Program-made: the position numbers and the translations under genes | Shown here: one piece after another, positions 61,379 through 64,000 of the stretch | Layout of the letters: each line of letters starts with the position of its first letter | How positions within the stretch are numbered: position 1 is the stretch's first letter | Assembly: GCA_965198115.1 (NCBI GenBank) | Contig: OZ240241.1 | Span: 1,440,001-1,504,000, forward strand | Direction of reading: 5' to 3' | DNA length: 64,000 nt | Source: Candidatus Latescibacterota bacterium | GTDB taxonomy: Bacteria > Latescibacterota > UBA2968 | The notes under the pieces: generated by a model | Told to the model about the DNA's origin: nothing | Databases searched by the model: none | The model's input: the letters and a program-made list of their open reading frames with translations, nothing else

Positions 61379-62799
61379 GGCTATATTCGGATCTCTCAAC
61401 GAGATGAAGTGGGTGAAGGTGCCGTGGTTCCTGGCATGGGGGCGCGGTTAGAGTGTGCGGAACCTCTTCGGAATCTGCTCAGGGATGTTTATGTCTCCGA
61501 CGGTAAGGAAGATCATATCGTTGAATGCGTCGAGTGTGCGGAATCCGCTGGCTCGGTTCTTGACGATTTGGACGATTCGGTTGAGGCCTTCGGCGATGGC
61601 GTTGGTAAGACGCGTGTTCACGAATGCGAGGACGCCGAAGAAGTGCTGTCGCAGGGTCCTGACGAACTTTCGCAGGGGTTCAAGTCGACTTCTGAGTGCG
61701 GACGTCGTCCAGCATTTCAGGAAGCGTTCGGCAGCCCAGGGCGCTTTGTATTCCCAGAACTGCTCGAACTCGTCCTTGAGTCTCCAGGCTCTATAGATTC
61801 GGTAGTTCGCCTTCTCCAGTGCTTTGAGTGTCCGAGTATCCCCTCTGGAGCGTGTCGCTGAGTGCCGGTAGAGGAGCCATCGGAGGCCCTTCATGGCTTT
61901 GCGCTCATCCGGGGCAGCTTTACGCCACTGGTCCTTACGGACCTCGTCAACGGCGGCATTGAGAGCCTTGACGATGTGAAAGCGATCGAGGACCAGCTTG
62001 GCATTCGGACAGTGTTCCTGGATGGCTCCGATGTAAGCTTCGCTCATGTCGCAGCAGGCCCCACTCGATCTTGGATCTCCGGTAGGGACTGAGAGCCTCT
62101 GTGAAGAACCGATCGATCGTTTTACGCGCCCTGCCGCGGCCAACCCACACCACGCAGGAGCGGTCCAGATCGTAAACGAGCGTGGCGTACCTGTGACGCT
62201 TGGCGTAGGAGATCTCGTCGATCCCGATGGTTTTGAGCCCTCGGATACGATGACCTTCACGAAGCCGCGTGATGGATCGGTGAAGGAGATCCGACAGCGT
62301 CGAGGCAGAGATGCGCAGCAACTCGGACGCCGCCTTCTGCGTCATGGTCTGGCAGTAGCGCAGCATGGCATACTCGAAGCGATACGTCACCCGAGAGAAC
62401 CGCTCCGCCCACGGAATCTCCTCGACCACACGACCGTGGGTAGGACACCGAATCTCCCGAGGATGGTAGAGAAGCCAGACCCTCCACCCGCACACCGGAA
62501 TGTCACGCCACCGACGCGGATGGGGCATTGTGCGGACGATTTTACCTCGACGGCCGCATTCCGGACAACAACAACCATTCTTATGGGGCTTTACGGCGAT
62601 GACGAAACAGCTTCTCCCCTCAAACCACCAGCTGACAACACGGAACCCCTTGAATCTCAGCAGTTTCGATAGTAATCTGCTCCCGGTCATAGGTCGCACC
62701 CCCTTCGCTTTGATTGTCCTACACACACAACCAAGCGTAGGGAACGATCTATGACCTTGTCATTCTATAGTTTCACCGTTGAGAAACCCGGATAGAGCC
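61379..62799 (-). mobile_element. ISL3-family IS, copy 3 (transposase frameshifted near 62060)
   Basis: Same IRs; TSD TAAAAGAA; one extra base in a homopolymer run. Confidence 0.95.
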
Positions 62800-62803
62800 T
62801 AAA

Positions 62804-62838
62804 AGAAGCCCCGCGGCACAAGCCACGGGGCTTTTCCT
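62804..62838. terminator. bidirectional terminator hairpin
   Basis: aagccccgcggc-acaa-gccacggggctttt. Confidence 0.7.
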
Positions 62839-62858
62839 GTTCACGATCGCTCAGGTTG

Positions 62859-63003
62859 TTATGCGTAGTCGATTGCGGGAAACCAGTCTTCTCCACGTCC
62901 ATCCGGCGTCATGTCGAACAGGGCCCACAGGGGCCACACTAGGTCAACGTGGCGTGGATGCTCCTTTTCAAACGGCACGAAGAACAGCTCCGACGCATAG
63001 TAG
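62859..63003 (-). pseudogene. DUF899-like protein C-terminal fragment cut by IS1380
   Basis: YYASELFF...HPRHVDLVWPLWALFDMTPDGRG.DWFP. Confidence 0.65.
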
Positions 63004-64000
63004 CCTGAATCATGCATGAATTTGAGTTTAGGTTGTTTTGGAGTGATGTGATCACGCACAGGATTTGTTCTCGGCTTCTTCGGATGTCCAAGGTCCCGTA
63101 AGCGGTCTCTACGAGTCGCAAGAGTCACGATTTTCGTCCGGAACAGGTGTTGTTTTGCGACGTGTACATAGCTGTCCCCGGTATAGATCGGCGTTGTTAC
63201 TGCGTGTTCGTTTCGAGCCTGGTGATGATTGACACCAAGACGTTTTTGAGTGGATACGATGTTGGAAAATGGAATCGGATTCTTCGTGCGCTTTCAATGA
63301 CTCTCGCGCCGATTTTGAGGAAACGGTTCTGTATCGTGTTGACCTGAGGTTTGGTCCACGCGGTGCCCTTGAGTCCCTGTGATCGGAGTGCGTGAAGCAA
63401 GGCGTATGCAGCACTGTGTAGAAAGAGTCGGAACTGGTTGGCTTCAAACTTGTGGCACGATGTTCGATCGGAGTGAAGGAATGTTTTGTGGTCCTTGATG
63501 AAGCCTTCCGTGCGTCCCCTTGCGCAGTAGATACGATCATAGATAAAGCCGTCTCGATTACTCTGTAAATTGGTCACGCGGTATCTTGGATTTGCTTCGC
63601 CGTTTGTGACTTCAGCCTTGTGAATGATCCGGCGAGGCTGCCGGTAGGTGCCAGCCTGATATGAGAAGGATGAGAACAAGCGAATCGTCTCCTTATGCTC
63701 GCTCAGACGTAGCGCTTGGTCCATCAGGTTTTGTCCAGCCGCTTTGAGCCTGGAGTTGGCGCCCTGGCCCAGAACGTAGTAGATACCGTTGTCTTCGCAG
63801 AAATCGTGCATCTCTGGTGAGCTGAACTTTGAGTCTGCGCGAACGATGATCTCCACGTTTGGCATCGACGGCATCTTCATAGCCGCAAGCGATCTGAAAA
63901 ACACGCTGCTTCACAAGATCCAAAAGCGTGTGATCGATATAGCTTGGGTGACGACGATCTCGCAAAGCATCTACCATTCTGGCGATCAATCCCATCTGAG
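63004..64000 (-). mobile_element. IS1380-family IS, copy 2 (internally deleted, runs off window)
   Basis: Matches copy 1 but lacks the equivalent of 33075-33484 (junction near 63862). Confidence 0.92.

Noticed and set aside
1-64000. tRNA, rRNA or known riboswitch
   Set aside because: No recognisable cloverleaf, rRNA or riboswitch consensus found by eye; an Rfam scan would be needed to exclude them

Overview
GC-rich bacterial chromosomal window. An FCB-superphylum/Latescibacterota-like origin is my inference from gene content. The left ~34 kb is a decaying accessory region. It holds many gene fragments, three histidine-kinase 3'-end remnants, a heme-type TonB receptor island, an orphan type I R-M methyltransferase, catabolic enzymes, and ISL3, IS256, IS3, IS630 and IS1380 elements plus an IS91 remnant. 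The region ~34-57 kb is mostly intact core: a partner-switching operon, tilS-ftsH-folP, a DUF2225-like/degenerate GGDEF fusion, purM, holA, trxA, fliL-like, galU-like plus GHMP kinase, rnd and a sulfatase operon. The right end has more IS copies, a LarA-family gene and SUI1. No rRNA, tRNA or CRISPR array was seen. The most notable observations are (1) a GxxExxY nuclease-family gene whose segments lie in A-C-B order inside 9-bp-periodic inverted repeats, with an empty sister element and solo arrays elsewhere, (2) a REP-like family with variable internal hairpins, (3) an array of HK C-termini interleaved with cargo, and (4) the DUF2225-GGDEF* fusion. Several single-base indels may be sequencing errors.
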